A program made the translations under genes and the position numbers. Below the pieces are notes generated by a model that was given only the letters and a program-made list of their open reading frames with translations, ran no database searches and was not told the DNA's origin. DNA of 53,503 nt, the filler included. It is 4 parts of 4 records of this genome, joined end to end, with 100 filler letters (N's around TTAATTAATTAA, not from the genome) between each part and the next. Parts side by side here need not be neighbours in the genome. Positions count along the whole stretch, not along the records: positions 1 to 8,424 come from SRR20825006_3101; 3 more parts are not named here. One strand, written 5' to 3'. This document shows, in pieces, positions 1 through 8,524 of this stretch (positions within the stretch are counted from its first letter, which is position 1; each line of letters opens with the position of its first letter).

Positions 1-69
1 ACAAGGCTTTGCGGGTTTCGGTCCGGGTGCTTTTGTCCCGTTGACTTGACTCTTGTGACACAATTAAAA

Positions 70-84
70 GAACAAATCAAGAAC
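70..84. promoter_or_regulatory. Alphaproteobacterial LexA (SOS) box, probably for a gene lying left of the window
   Basis: GAAC-AAATCAA-GAAC is an exact match to the alphaproteobacterial GAAC-N7-GAAC / GTTC-N7-GTTC consensus, in intergenic DNA. Confidence 0.65.
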
Positions 85-257
85 TTTTTTCAGGAAATCT
101 GATAATAAAAAGGGGTGGCAGTTTCATTTTTATGTGCCTGTTTTTCGTGGTCGTCCCAGTGCCCTTTGCTCCACCACTTTGCCAATGATTTTGACGATTT
201 CATCAAAAACCAGTAATTGCCAGTTAACTTGAGAAAGTAAATCTTTCCCATTTTTCC

Positions 258-587
258 TTAGACTTTGGGAACTATTGAAAAGCCCATCTTTTTTTGAGGG
301 TATTTTAAAATATAATTCCTAGCTTCTATTATGCTTCTTTTCATAAAATGCGAGTCATTCTCGTCATATTTTTGATCGCAGTACCAACTGTCATAAGTCT
401 GATAGATTTTCCCGTCTTCAATTTCGAATACATCGCCGCCAAGTACTGGAATTCTCAAGTTCTCAAGCTGAGCGATTGCCCGAATAGCTTTTTCCCGATC
501 TAGAACCCAGTTTTTTATTCCTAAGTGGTTGGCAGAAAATCCAACACTCAAAATCGAATCTATTTCCGTGGACCAAATAGGGCACAT
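258..587 (-). CDS. cdiI: CDI immunity protein, Imm40-like
   Basis: 109 aa, starts 6 bp after the cdiA stop. Carries NW..., VLGGDV and YDSWYC motifs typical of Imm40. More AT-rich than the cdiA body. Confidence 0.8.
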   Translation of the reverse strand: MCPIWSTEIDSILSVGFSANHLGIKNWVLDREKAIRAIAQLENLRIPVLGGDVFEIEDGKIYQTYDSWYCDQKYDENDSHFMKRSIIEARNYILKYPQKKMGFSIVPKV

Positions 588-593
588 AAATCA

Positions 594-3500
594 TTATTCC
601 ACATTTTGTTTGAATAGTCGGTGATTAATAGTTCCGTCAGCTTCTTTAATGAACTCAAAAACGCCTTTCTTTCCTCTGTATTCTCCGGGAATCTTCAACA
701 TGTCACGCACGACACCATCGCCTCCAGTAATTTTCGTCACATGTCCTGCCTCTTGGAATGCAAGAACACTATCCGGAAAAGCATGATAATCACCTGTTTT
801 GATCTGATTTATCACTTTTTGTGAGTACTTAGCTCCCGTGAAGAAATCATTGATGGTATCAATATTTTCCTTACCTGTTGAAATTCTCTGCATCGCCTGC
901 TTCGCAGCAGCAGCAACGTTTTGGGCAATTGTTTTGCCGCTTGCACCAATCGCTGCGGGATTATCCAGCATGTTCCTGACGATGACTTTGCCAAGAACGG
1001 CAAGTTCCTTGCTGGCGACTTTGAGAACCCCTGTTGCACCACCCGTTGCAAGGTCAAAGATAAGGCCCGGTGCTTCAATCGGAACATCATTGTCAAAAAC
1101 CTGATCCATCCGGGTGTAGCTGTAAACTGGCTGACCATTCTCAAACGTCATGACACCGGATGCTGCGGCAAGAACAGCCATCTGCTTGGGATAAAGATCC
1201 CACAGGTTTTCGATCATTTCCGCATATTGTTGACTTTCCGGATCAATGGCTCCCGTCGTGGCACCGCACTGGACGATCTGGCAGCTCACACGATCCAGAA
1301 GTTCGCGTTCCTGGAATGGTGTGCGTCCACTCTCCTTGCTCATCTCTTCTGCGAGCAAAATGTTGAGTTGTTTTTCTTCCCGATGGAGTTCTCGGTTATA
1401 GGTCCAGGCCGCATTGGCGATCTCAGAAGCGGTATTAACCTCCTCTGCATCCCCGCCCGTCAAGGCAACGGCAATCGCACCGGCCAGACCGGCAATCTGT
1501 GCGCGAGTTGCTTCGTCGTCGGACATCGCGTCAATCTGATCACCCAAAACTTCCTGCAGGCCTGCACCAATGGCTCCAGCAGCGCAGCTCTGACTTGAAA
1601 GTTGCCCCACGCCACATCCGGCAATGGCATGCATAACGACTTTTCGGATGTCGCCTTCTTCAAGGTTCCATTGATCGGTGTTAGACAAATCGCCTATCTG
1701 CTTGGCGAGCTGGGCGGACGCAATACTGGCGACGGAGCTGATAATGTTTTCTTTAAGTGCATCGCCAAGGTCCGCGCCATTGATCGCGGTTTTTACAACC
1801 GTGTCTGTCAGGGCGCGGATTGACTGATATGCAATCTGGTCACTAATTTCCGCAGTTTTTCCAAGTTCAATTACGGTGCCATCAGCGTTGATACTGCCAA
1901 TAATTCCAGCCGTAACTCCCGCGGTCACCATGCTGGTTGCGAGTGAGCGCAGGGTGGCAGAGGAGCCGAGTTCTTTTAGAACGGCACCAAGGTCGCCTTT
2001 GTTGTTAACCAGTGAAATGGCGGCCGTGCTTGCTAGGGCTGTGAAGCCAGCGGATACGGCGGCACTGACGCTGGAGGCAATAGCCCCTGCTGTACCCATG
2101 CCATTGGCCGCCAAGGCGCCTAGGGCGGCTCCCGCACCCGTGCCCATGCTGATGGCCGTAACTGCAATCGCAATAACCGCAGCCCCTGCACCACTTAGGC
2201 CTTCGGCCTTATAATCCCAGTTTTTATGAACCTCTTGAACCGCGTGCCACGTTGCGTCGTCACGTTCCATCATCTCGCCCATCCATTCAAGACCGGGCGT
2301 TGCAGCAAGGGCTGCGACGGATTCCTCGAGATTTCCGGTATCGCGATATTCGATAACGACACCGTTACCCGCATTGACGATCAGGCCGCCATCTGCGGTG
2401 ATTTCAGTCATGACAACGGTTTCATCGATATGGCCGGTGTCGCGATTGCTGAACCATGCGAAATTTGATGATTCGCGGATTTTATGTTCGTAAAGAGAAT
2501 CCGTATTCGAAAGCAGGGCAACCTGGCCCTCTTCGGCTGAAAGCGTTGTTTGCTCTTTGCTCGAAAGTTTGGATGCCTTGATCAGAACATCGCCATTTTC
2601 CGAAACGACATTAAGGGTTCCACCGGCCTGCAGTGAGGAGATGACAGATGTCAGGGCCTCACGCGTGCCTGAGTTAAAGGAATTGCTTTTGCGTCTTTCG
2701 CTGTGCTGGTAATCGTAATCCTGAAGGGCAACGACATGAACATTGCCATCTGCTTCAAGATCAAGGTTGCCGCCTGCTGAAACCTGACTTCCGGCAACGG
2801 TCACATCCCCGCCGGATTTGATTGACAGATTGCCGCCAACGGTAACGTTCGAACCCTTATTATGGGTGCTGCGTCGCTCCAGGCTGAAACCGGAGGTGTC
2901 ATAGGCAACATTTCGCGAAATTTCAGTTGCGGCGAAGGTGATGTCATCGCCTGCTTGCAGTGTTGCGTTGCCACCAGCCGCGATATCAGCACCTTCATTG
3001 ACAATATCGCGACCGGCTTCGACGGAAAGTGTGTTTCCTGCCGAAATACTGCCTTTGGAAATCAGCATGTCCTGATAACCGTCACTACCGCTTGCCCGGT
3101 CTGTGACGGACATATTGATGACGTCACCGGTCGCAGCAACAAGCCGCAAATCTTCGCCTGCGCTTAGAGTTCCGCCGACATTGATAATCGATCCCAGTGC
3201 TGTCAGAGATAGGTCTTCGGTTGAGGAAATCTTTCCAGAATTGGCGATGGAATCTGCGACCATCTGGATGTCATTGGCGGCAATGATTGCGCCTTGTGGT
3301 GTCAGATCGGTTTTGTCACTGCTTGCCAGATAAAGCTTGGGTACCAGAACCGTCTGTCCGTTCACTTCCTCTTCGACATACCAGATAATGCTTTCGGTCA
3401 GGGCTGCTATCTGTTCTGCTGAAAGGGCTGTGCCAACACTAAGCCCCACCCCCTGTTTCTGGGCCGCTGCCGCCTCGATAAGTTGACGCATTTGCGCTGC

Positions 3501-6173
3501 GTCATTTTCGGCGTTGCCGAGGAACCGTTTTCCGGTCTCGGCCAGAACCTGCTCGCGCACCAGTCGTGTATCAAAGAACGCATCACCAAGTCGTTTGGGC
3601 AAGTCTTCGATAATCGATTGATCGACATCTATCTGATCAAAGAAGTAATCGGATCCATAGAATGTGCCGAAATCGGTATACTCAAAGCGGGTTTCGTAAA
3701 CGTAATCCTGATCCTCGGATGCTTTTTTAAATAATCCGGGTGTTGGCGGAACATAGGTGCCACCTTCTGGGACTGCGGTTACCGGGATGTTTGCCGGGTC
3801 GGGAATTGCGTTGACCAGTTCATCGACATAGGAAATGCCGCCGGACGGCAGGCTTGCAGCCCCTTGAACGATTGTGGTGTTATTGACTTGCCCGGTGAAG
3901 GAGCCGCTGAATATTCCGCCTGCAACGATTTGAGCGTCATGGCTGGCGATGACTTCGGATTCTCGAAGTTGTGCTGCATGGTTGAATATAAACCAGCCAC
4001 AATTTCCACCATAGCATCTAACAACGTTGTCATTCACAGAGCTGGAATGATAGAGGCGCCTTGTTATTTGTGCCCCGGTGTTCTCAAGGGTTGTTCCGGT
4101 CAGAGTAATATTGCGGGCAGCCTGAATATCGCTTTTGTCATTTTTAATGGTGCCACCGTCAACGAAAACATCCTGTCCTGCAGAGATAACGGATTTGGCG
4201 GAGTCTTCCGAAACGACATTTTCATAGACACTGACGGTGATGCCGCCCCCGCCAAATACAGAACTATAATAGCTGGTGTAATTGCTTTTCCAGGGATGTG
4301 GAACATAGGCGATTGTCCCGCGCGAGAAATAGGCGCAACCTTCGGGTGATATTCCTGCTCCCGGAACACTGTTACACCCTGGATGCGTTGTATGATTTGC
4401 GGCGTAGTATTGATTAAAAGTTCTCTGATCAGACATCGCAAAGCGGAGCTTGCGATTAAGCAATTGATCCGCTTTGATATTAATGTCGCCTTCAAGGCTT
4501 TCGATTGTCGATGATACATTGTCAAGCAATGCCATGCGCCCATCATCAAGGCCTTGCAAGGTGATATCTCCCCCTGCAATCAATGTCCCTTCGTTATTAA
4601 AAAGGGTGTCGCCGACAAAGAATGAAAGATCGCCCGCGGCAAAAACAAGATCGCGATTCTCGAAATTGTTGTTAACCGTCAGATAAAGGTCATTGGCGAC
4701 CTGAAACTCACCATTGTTGAGAAGGTTTTCAATTGTTCCGGAAAGATCGCCAGCAATCGAAAGTTTGCCATTATTGACCAGTTGACCGCCGACCGTTAGC
4801 TCCGCCGGGCCAGCGGCAAAAACTTCTTCGCTGTTAATGGTGAGGTCGTTTGCGGCCCTTAATATAAGCCTGCTACCGCCGCTCAGAACGCCGCCGACGA
4901 CCAGATCACTGGTACTTGTGATCTCGAGTTTTCCTCCAGATTCCAAGTGGCCCTCATTTGCCAGAGTGCTCTGGATGGAGGTATTGGCATCCGATTTGAT
5001 TAGTCCGGTTTCCTGATTGTTTAAAGTTGCTGAAACAATCGAAACATCGCCAATCCCGATGATCGTTCCGGCGTTATCAATATGCGTGGTTTCAATTGTT
5101 GTTTGCTGTCCACCTTTGATTTTCCCGGCATTGTTCAGTCTTGCTGCTTGGATGTCTATTGTGTCACCGCTAACAGCTGCGTTTGCCCCGACATCAATGT
5201 CCTGATCTGTAGCGATGCGGGCGGTTTGAGCGGCCTGGAGGGTGCCACTTACGTCGACGACATCGGATGTTGACGCGATATCAATATTCTGTTCGGACGC
5301 AACATTATTAACGCTGATCTTGCCATCAGCTGATATTGTCAAACCGCCGCTGGATGCGGCCATATCGCCTGCTACCGTAACTCCAACCCCCTTTTCGGTG
5401 CCAATTAGTCGGATACGGTTGGCATACATTCCGCCAAGAATGCTGGAATCGATCGAAACACTTGGCTTCGTGCTGATATCTGCTTTTGCAGTTACTTCGC
5501 GCGTTTCATAGTTGACGCTATTGCGTCCTGTAATGATGGACAAATCCGCAGCGTGCAGATCTGCATTGACTTTTGCCGTACGACTTATGATGTCAAAATA
5601 AGCAGTATTGTTGGCATTAAGACCTGCACCATCAATCAGCACATCGCCGGTTTCAACATCCAGTCCAAGTAAATCCCCGGTACCATCAAACTGTGGTCTG
5701 CCGGTGCTGAATGTGGCGCGTGGCGTGTTGATAAAGCCGCAGCCGTTACAGGTGATGCCGTTGGGGTTTGCCAGTACATATTCTGCGCTCTGGCCAAAAA
5801 TCTCCTGATAGCCAAGAAGGTTAGACCTGTTTGCGCCGGTAACTTCGTTAAGTATGAGGCGAGCTGTGCCGGACTGTAGGTTTCTATTGCCTGCAATTAC
5901 ACCACCAAGCTGGGATTGCCCGACATTTCGGCTGTTGTTAAGGATCAGGCCTTCCGATCCAACATTGAAATCTGAGAATTTGTTATGTGAAACGCCCGCG
6001 CCATTCGGTGTGGCAATGTTGACAATTGGCACACCGTTCGGAGCAGCTCCAAGAGATGCCTGATTGTTTGATGCGGCCTGACTATCGACCGAAACCTGCG
6101 CCATGACAGGCTGTATCACAATAATTGTGCTAAGAGTTACACTGAGAAATTTCGTAGCAAGTGATTTGAGCAT
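594..6173 (-). CDS. cdiA: CdiA-type filamentous hemagglutinin exoprotein with DUF637-like region and C-terminal toxin
   Basis: Signal peptide, TPS domain (NEV...ANPNGITCNGCGFIN), FHA-1 repeats, YP-like region (YGSDYF...KRLGDAFFDTRLVREQ), FHA-2 repeats, DUF637-like segment (WDYKAEGLS...NNKGDL), then a YNRELH junction and a variable C-terminus. Confidence 0.9.
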   Translation of the reverse strand: MLKSLATKFLSVTLSTIIVIQPVMAQVSVDSQAASNNQASLGAAPNGVPIVNIATPNGAGVSHNKFSDFNVGSEGLILNNSRNVGQSQLGGVIAGNRNLQSGTARLILNEVTGANRSNLLGYQEIFGQSAEYVLANPNGITCNGCGFINTPRATFSTGRPQFDGTGDLLGLDVETGDVLIDGAGLNANNTAYFDIISRTAKVNADLHAADLSIITGRNSVNYETREVTAKADISTKPSVSIDSSILGGMYANRIRLIGTEKGVGVTVAGDMAASSGGLTISADGKISVNNVASEQNIDIASTSDVVDVSGTLQAAQTARIATDQDIDVGANAAVSGDTIDIQAARLNNAGKIKGGQQTTIETTHIDNAGTIIGIGDVSIVSATLNNQETGLIKSDANTSIQSTLANEGHLESGGKLEITSTSDLVVGGVLSGGSRLILRAANDLTINSEEVFAAGPAELTVGGQLVNNGKLSIAGDLSGTIENLLNNGEFQVANDLYLTVNNNFENRDLVFAAGDLSFFVGDTLFNNEGTLIAGGDITLQGLDDGRMALLDNVSSTIESLEGDINIKADQLLNRKLRFAMSDQRTFNQYYAANHTTHPGCNSVPGAGISPEGCAYFSRGTIAYVPHPWKSNYTSYYSSVFGGGGITVSVYENVVSEDSAKSVISAGQDVFVDGGTIKNDKSDIQAARNITLTGTTLENTGAQITRRLYHSSSVNDNVVRCYGGNCGWFIFNHAAQLRESEVIASHDAQIVAGGIFSGSFTGQVNNTTIVQGAASLPSGGISYVDELVNAIPDPANIPVTAVPEGGTYVPPTPGLFKKASEDQDYVYETRFEYTDFGTFYGSDYFFDQIDVDQSIIEDLPKRLGDAFFDTRLVREQVLAETGKRFLGNAENDAAQMRQLIEAAAAQKQGVGLSVGTALSAEQIAALTESIIWYVEEEVNGQTVLVPKLYLASSDKTDLTPQGAIIAANDIQMVADSIANSGKISSTEDLSLTALGSIINVGGTLSAGEDLRLVAATGDVINMSVTDRASGSDGYQDMLISKGSISAGNTLSVEAGRDIVNEGADIAAGGNATLQAGDDITFAATEISRNVAYDTSGFSLERRSTHNKGSNVTVGGNLSIKSGGDVTVAGSQVSAGGNLDLEADGNVHVVALQDYDYQHSERRKSNSFNSGTREALTSVISSLQAGGTLNVVSENGDVLIKASKLSSKEQTTLSAEEGQVALLSNTDSLYEHKIRESSNFAWFSNRDTGHIDETVVMTEITADGGLIVNAGNGVVIEYRDTGNLEESVAALAATPGLEWMGEMMERDDATWHAVQEVHKNWDYKAEGLSGAGAAVIAIAVTAISMGTGAGAALGALAANGMGTAGAIASSVSAAVSAGFTALASTAAISLVNNKGDLGAVLKELGSSATLRSLATSMVTAGVTAGIIGSINADGTVIELGKTAEISDQIAYQSIRALTDTVVKTAINGADLGDALKENIISSVASIASAQLAKQIGDLSNTDQWNLEEGDIRKVVMHAIAGCGVGQLSSQSCAAGAIGAGLQEVLGDQIDAMSDDEATRAQIAGLAGAIAVALTGGDAEEVNTASEIANAAWTYNRELHREEKQLNILLAEEMSKESGRTPFQERELLDRVSCQIVQCGATTGAIDPESQQYAEMIENLWDLYPKQMAVLAAASGVMTFENGQPVYSYTRMDQVFDNDVPIEAPGLIFDLATGGATGVLKVASKELAVLGKVIVRNMLDNPAAIGASGKTIAQNVAAAAKQAMQRISTGKENIDTINDFFTGAKYSQKVINQIKTGDYHAFPDSVLAFQEAGHVTKITGGDGVVRDMLKIPGEYRGKKGVFEFIKEADGTINHRLFKQNVE

Positions 6174-6188
6174 GGTTCCCAGTGCTCC

Positions 6189-7910
6189 CTAAAATGCCAA
6201 ATTGGCTGAGAAATAAATTTCAGAATTGCGCCGGTTAACAAAGGAAGGTGCATCAATGGGGCGGGCATAGGTTAGCGCCAGATTGAGATAGGGGCCTCGA
6301 ACCTTGAACCCTGCCGACCATCCAGAAATTCTGCCGCCTTCAAAGAGTTCTGAGGCGTCTTGGGATATGACACCGTAGTCAAAGCCTACAAATGGTTGGA
6401 TTTCGCTAGCAATTTGCGAGAGCTGGGGAGATGAAATCGGGAAACGAAGCGCCAGTTCATTTCTGATAAAGCCACCGGTGTCACCGCTTACGGAACTTTC
6501 TTTGTAACCGCGTACCGTTCCAAGACTTCCAATCGATATGCGCTCGTTGCCGTAGAGCGTATCTGGGCTCCATTGCCCACGCATCCCGCTGGTTACAGTG
6601 AATGGTGTTTCCAGAACTTCAAAATTCTGAATGACTGTAAGGTCTGCGGTGTATTTCTCGAATTGGGCTTCTGGTGAATCTTGTGCTCTGTCATCATCTT
6701 GCTTTGCACCAAGGGCCTTGATGCCAGCTTCATAACCTACAGAAGCTGAAACCAGTCCTGGCCCAAGTCGACGGCTGTGATTGATATTCAAGCCAAGTAT
6801 CGTAAGGCGTCTGCTGCTGACCTCTAGCAAAACGTCTTCAATGTAGTTCTTTGTTTTTTTGTGGGTGAATGACGATGACAGCGTTGTTTTGCTCGTCTGG
6901 TCACGATGTAAAACACGCGCAAGGTCTGCGCGCCATGTGGTTGAAGTGCCCGAACTTTTGAAGTCCTGTACGGTGCCTTCAATCTGGTTTCTGTACTCGA
7001 AGTAGTTTGCTGATAATGATAGCAGCCAGTATCCGTATGGAACCGAGAAGAAACCGGTTTTGTTTCTGCTTGCCTTCAGAGATGAGGCAGGTTCCGTGTC
7101 TTGTCCGTAAGATAAACTTAGAAGGTCATTGAACCCCAACCAGTTGTAGGCTTCGCCACTGTAAGTTTGTTGTAATTCTCCGGTTGCTTCACTGCCGGAA
7201 TTGTCAAGGCCAGCGCTAACCCTCCAGCTTTTATCAATCGTGTTATCAATAACCGCGATTGACTGCCCTTGCTTCGAGCCGGGTTCAAACTCCACTGTCG
7301 CACTGGAGTTTGGCAGCCTGTTTATCTGATCTAGGCCCTGTTCAAAATCTCTTAGATTCAGTCTTTGTTTTTCTAGCCCCGGAAAGGCAGTAACAATCTG
7401 ACCATTTGATAAAACATTGGGAGTGGAGGGTTTTATATTTTCAACTTTACCCTCAATAACAGTCAGCGTGAGGATTCCGGAGCTTAGGTCTTGGGCTGGC
7501 ACATAGGCTCTGGTCGTTACATAGCCATTCTCGACAAAATGATCTGTGAGAAGCTCTAGCATTTTGTCGATGTCGGCTTTGTTGATGCATTGCATCTCGA
7601 ATTGGGAAATCAAAGGGCGAAGATCGGCTTCCCAGCCGTCGATTTCGATACGCTGAATATTAAAACACGGATACTTTGTGCTACCTCCGGTTTTGTTCGG
7701 CGGTACTGGCTTCTCATACCCCGGAGGTAACTCCTTGGGAATCAACGGATCTTCAGGTCGAAAACGTTCTTCCTGTTGCCGCAGAATTTGCTCTTGTTGT
7801 CTGATAATCTGGTCGCGTTGTGATGGTGTTTGTGCGCACGCAGCAACGGAAAGTTCTCCTTGCAAAACCCCCGTAAGCAAGAATAACACGGCAAATTTTC
7901 TGCCTCGCAT
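6189..7910 (-). CDS. cdiB: TpsB/CdiB (ShlB/FhaC/HecB family) outer-membrane transporter
   Basis: POTRA segments (GYVTTRAY, LNLRDFEQGLDQINRL), LDNSGS, VRGY loop-6 motif, C-terminal Phe. Lies directly upstream of cdiA. Confidence 0.93.
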   Translation of the reverse strand: MRGRKFAVLFLLTGVLQGELSVAACAQTPSQRDQIIRQQEQILRQQEERFRPEDPLIPKELPPGYEKPVPPNKTGGSTKYPCFNIQRIEIDGWEADLRPLISQFEMQCINKADIDKMLELLTDHFVENGYVTTRAYVPAQDLSSGILTLTVIEGKVENIKPSTPNVLSNGQIVTAFPGLEKQRLNLRDFEQGLDQINRLPNSSATVEFEPGSKQGQSIAVIDNTIDKSWRVSAGLDNSGSEATGELQQTYSGEAYNWLGFNDLLSLSYGQDTEPASSLKASRNKTGFFSVPYGYWLLSLSANYFEYRNQIEGTVQDFKSSGTSTTWRADLARVLHRDQTSKTTLSSSFTHKKTKNYIEDVLLEVSSRRLTILGLNINHSRRLGPGLVSASVGYEAGIKALGAKQDDDRAQDSPEAQFEKYTADLTVIQNFEVLETPFTVTSGMRGQWSPDTLYGNERISIGSLGTVRGYKESSVSGDTGGFIRNELALRFPISSPQLSQIASEIQPFVGFDYGVISQDASELFEGGRISGWSAGFKVRGPYLNLALTYARPIDAPSFVNRRNSEIYFSANLAF

Positions 7911-8243
7911 CGTCTCAAGATCGCCCCTAGTCTCGGCTTTTTGCTTTTATAGTTTGTTTCAAAAACCAAGAGAGTAGAGCGAACGTATGAGAATTTTTTG
8001 TGCGGCGCAACTTCTGCAAAGGAGTAGTTTAAATAGACATATGGTCAGTTGATTTCATCTATGTGGATATAAATTCTAATATTATCCTATCCTTTTGGCT
8101 GGGCTATATTCAGTAATGTCTGTGGGAAAGGCGGTTTAAGTTTAACTGTTGCCATATAACTTGCATGGTGGGTGCTTTTAAAATTTATCGAAGCGCGGCA
8201 AGTTAGTCTGCACATGCGTTCATCTCAGAAATGTAGGCGTATT

Positions 8244-8424
8244 TTAAAGTGCCGTATGCATCCGGTATCCCGGCGCAAACACCAGCCGGGCGGCAGTGAT
8301 GCCTTTTTCGCCTTCCCAAGTGGTCCGTTCAATCAGGAAAAGCGGGGCGTCTTTGTGGGTGCGTAATATTCTGGCTTCGTTTTCGGATGCCAGTACGGCG
8401 GAAAATGAAATGTCGCCCTTGGTG
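8244..8424 (-). CDS. 3' fragment of a GntR/HutC-family regulator (UTRA domain), cut by the contig edge
   Basis: Not in the ORF track. Manual translation gives ...TKGDISFSAVLASENEARILRTHKDAPLFLIERTTWEGEKGITAARLVFAPGYRMHTAL*, which resembles a HutC UTRA C-terminus. Confidence 0.7.
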
Positions 8425-8524
8425 NNNNNNNNNNNNNNNNNNNNNNNNNNNNNNNNNNNNNNNNNNNNTTAATTAATTAANNNNNNNNNNNNNNNNNNNN
8501 NNNNNNNNNNNNNNNNNNNNNNNN
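8425..8524. other. Artificial contig spacer
   Basis: N44-TTAATTAATTAA-N44 (stops in all six frames). Base composition changes sharply across it. Confidence 0.98.

Noticed and set aside
621-6063. Many antisense and alternate-frame ORFs inside cdiA (e.g. 921-1598, 3864-4349)
   Set aside because: Shadow ORFs fully overlapping a well-supported gene, with no recognisable motifs.
7981-7994. GAAC-GTATGA-GAAT upstream of cdiB as a second LexA box
   Set aside because: The spacer is 6 nt rather than 7 and the second half-site mismatches, so SOS control of CDI is unsupported.
8172-8366. 64-aa plus-strand ORF
   Set aside because: It overlaps the better-supported minus-strand HutC-like fragment.
8469-8480. 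TTAATTAATTAA repeated three times in the window
   Set aside because: It is embedded in N runs and is an assembly spacer, not a biological repeat.
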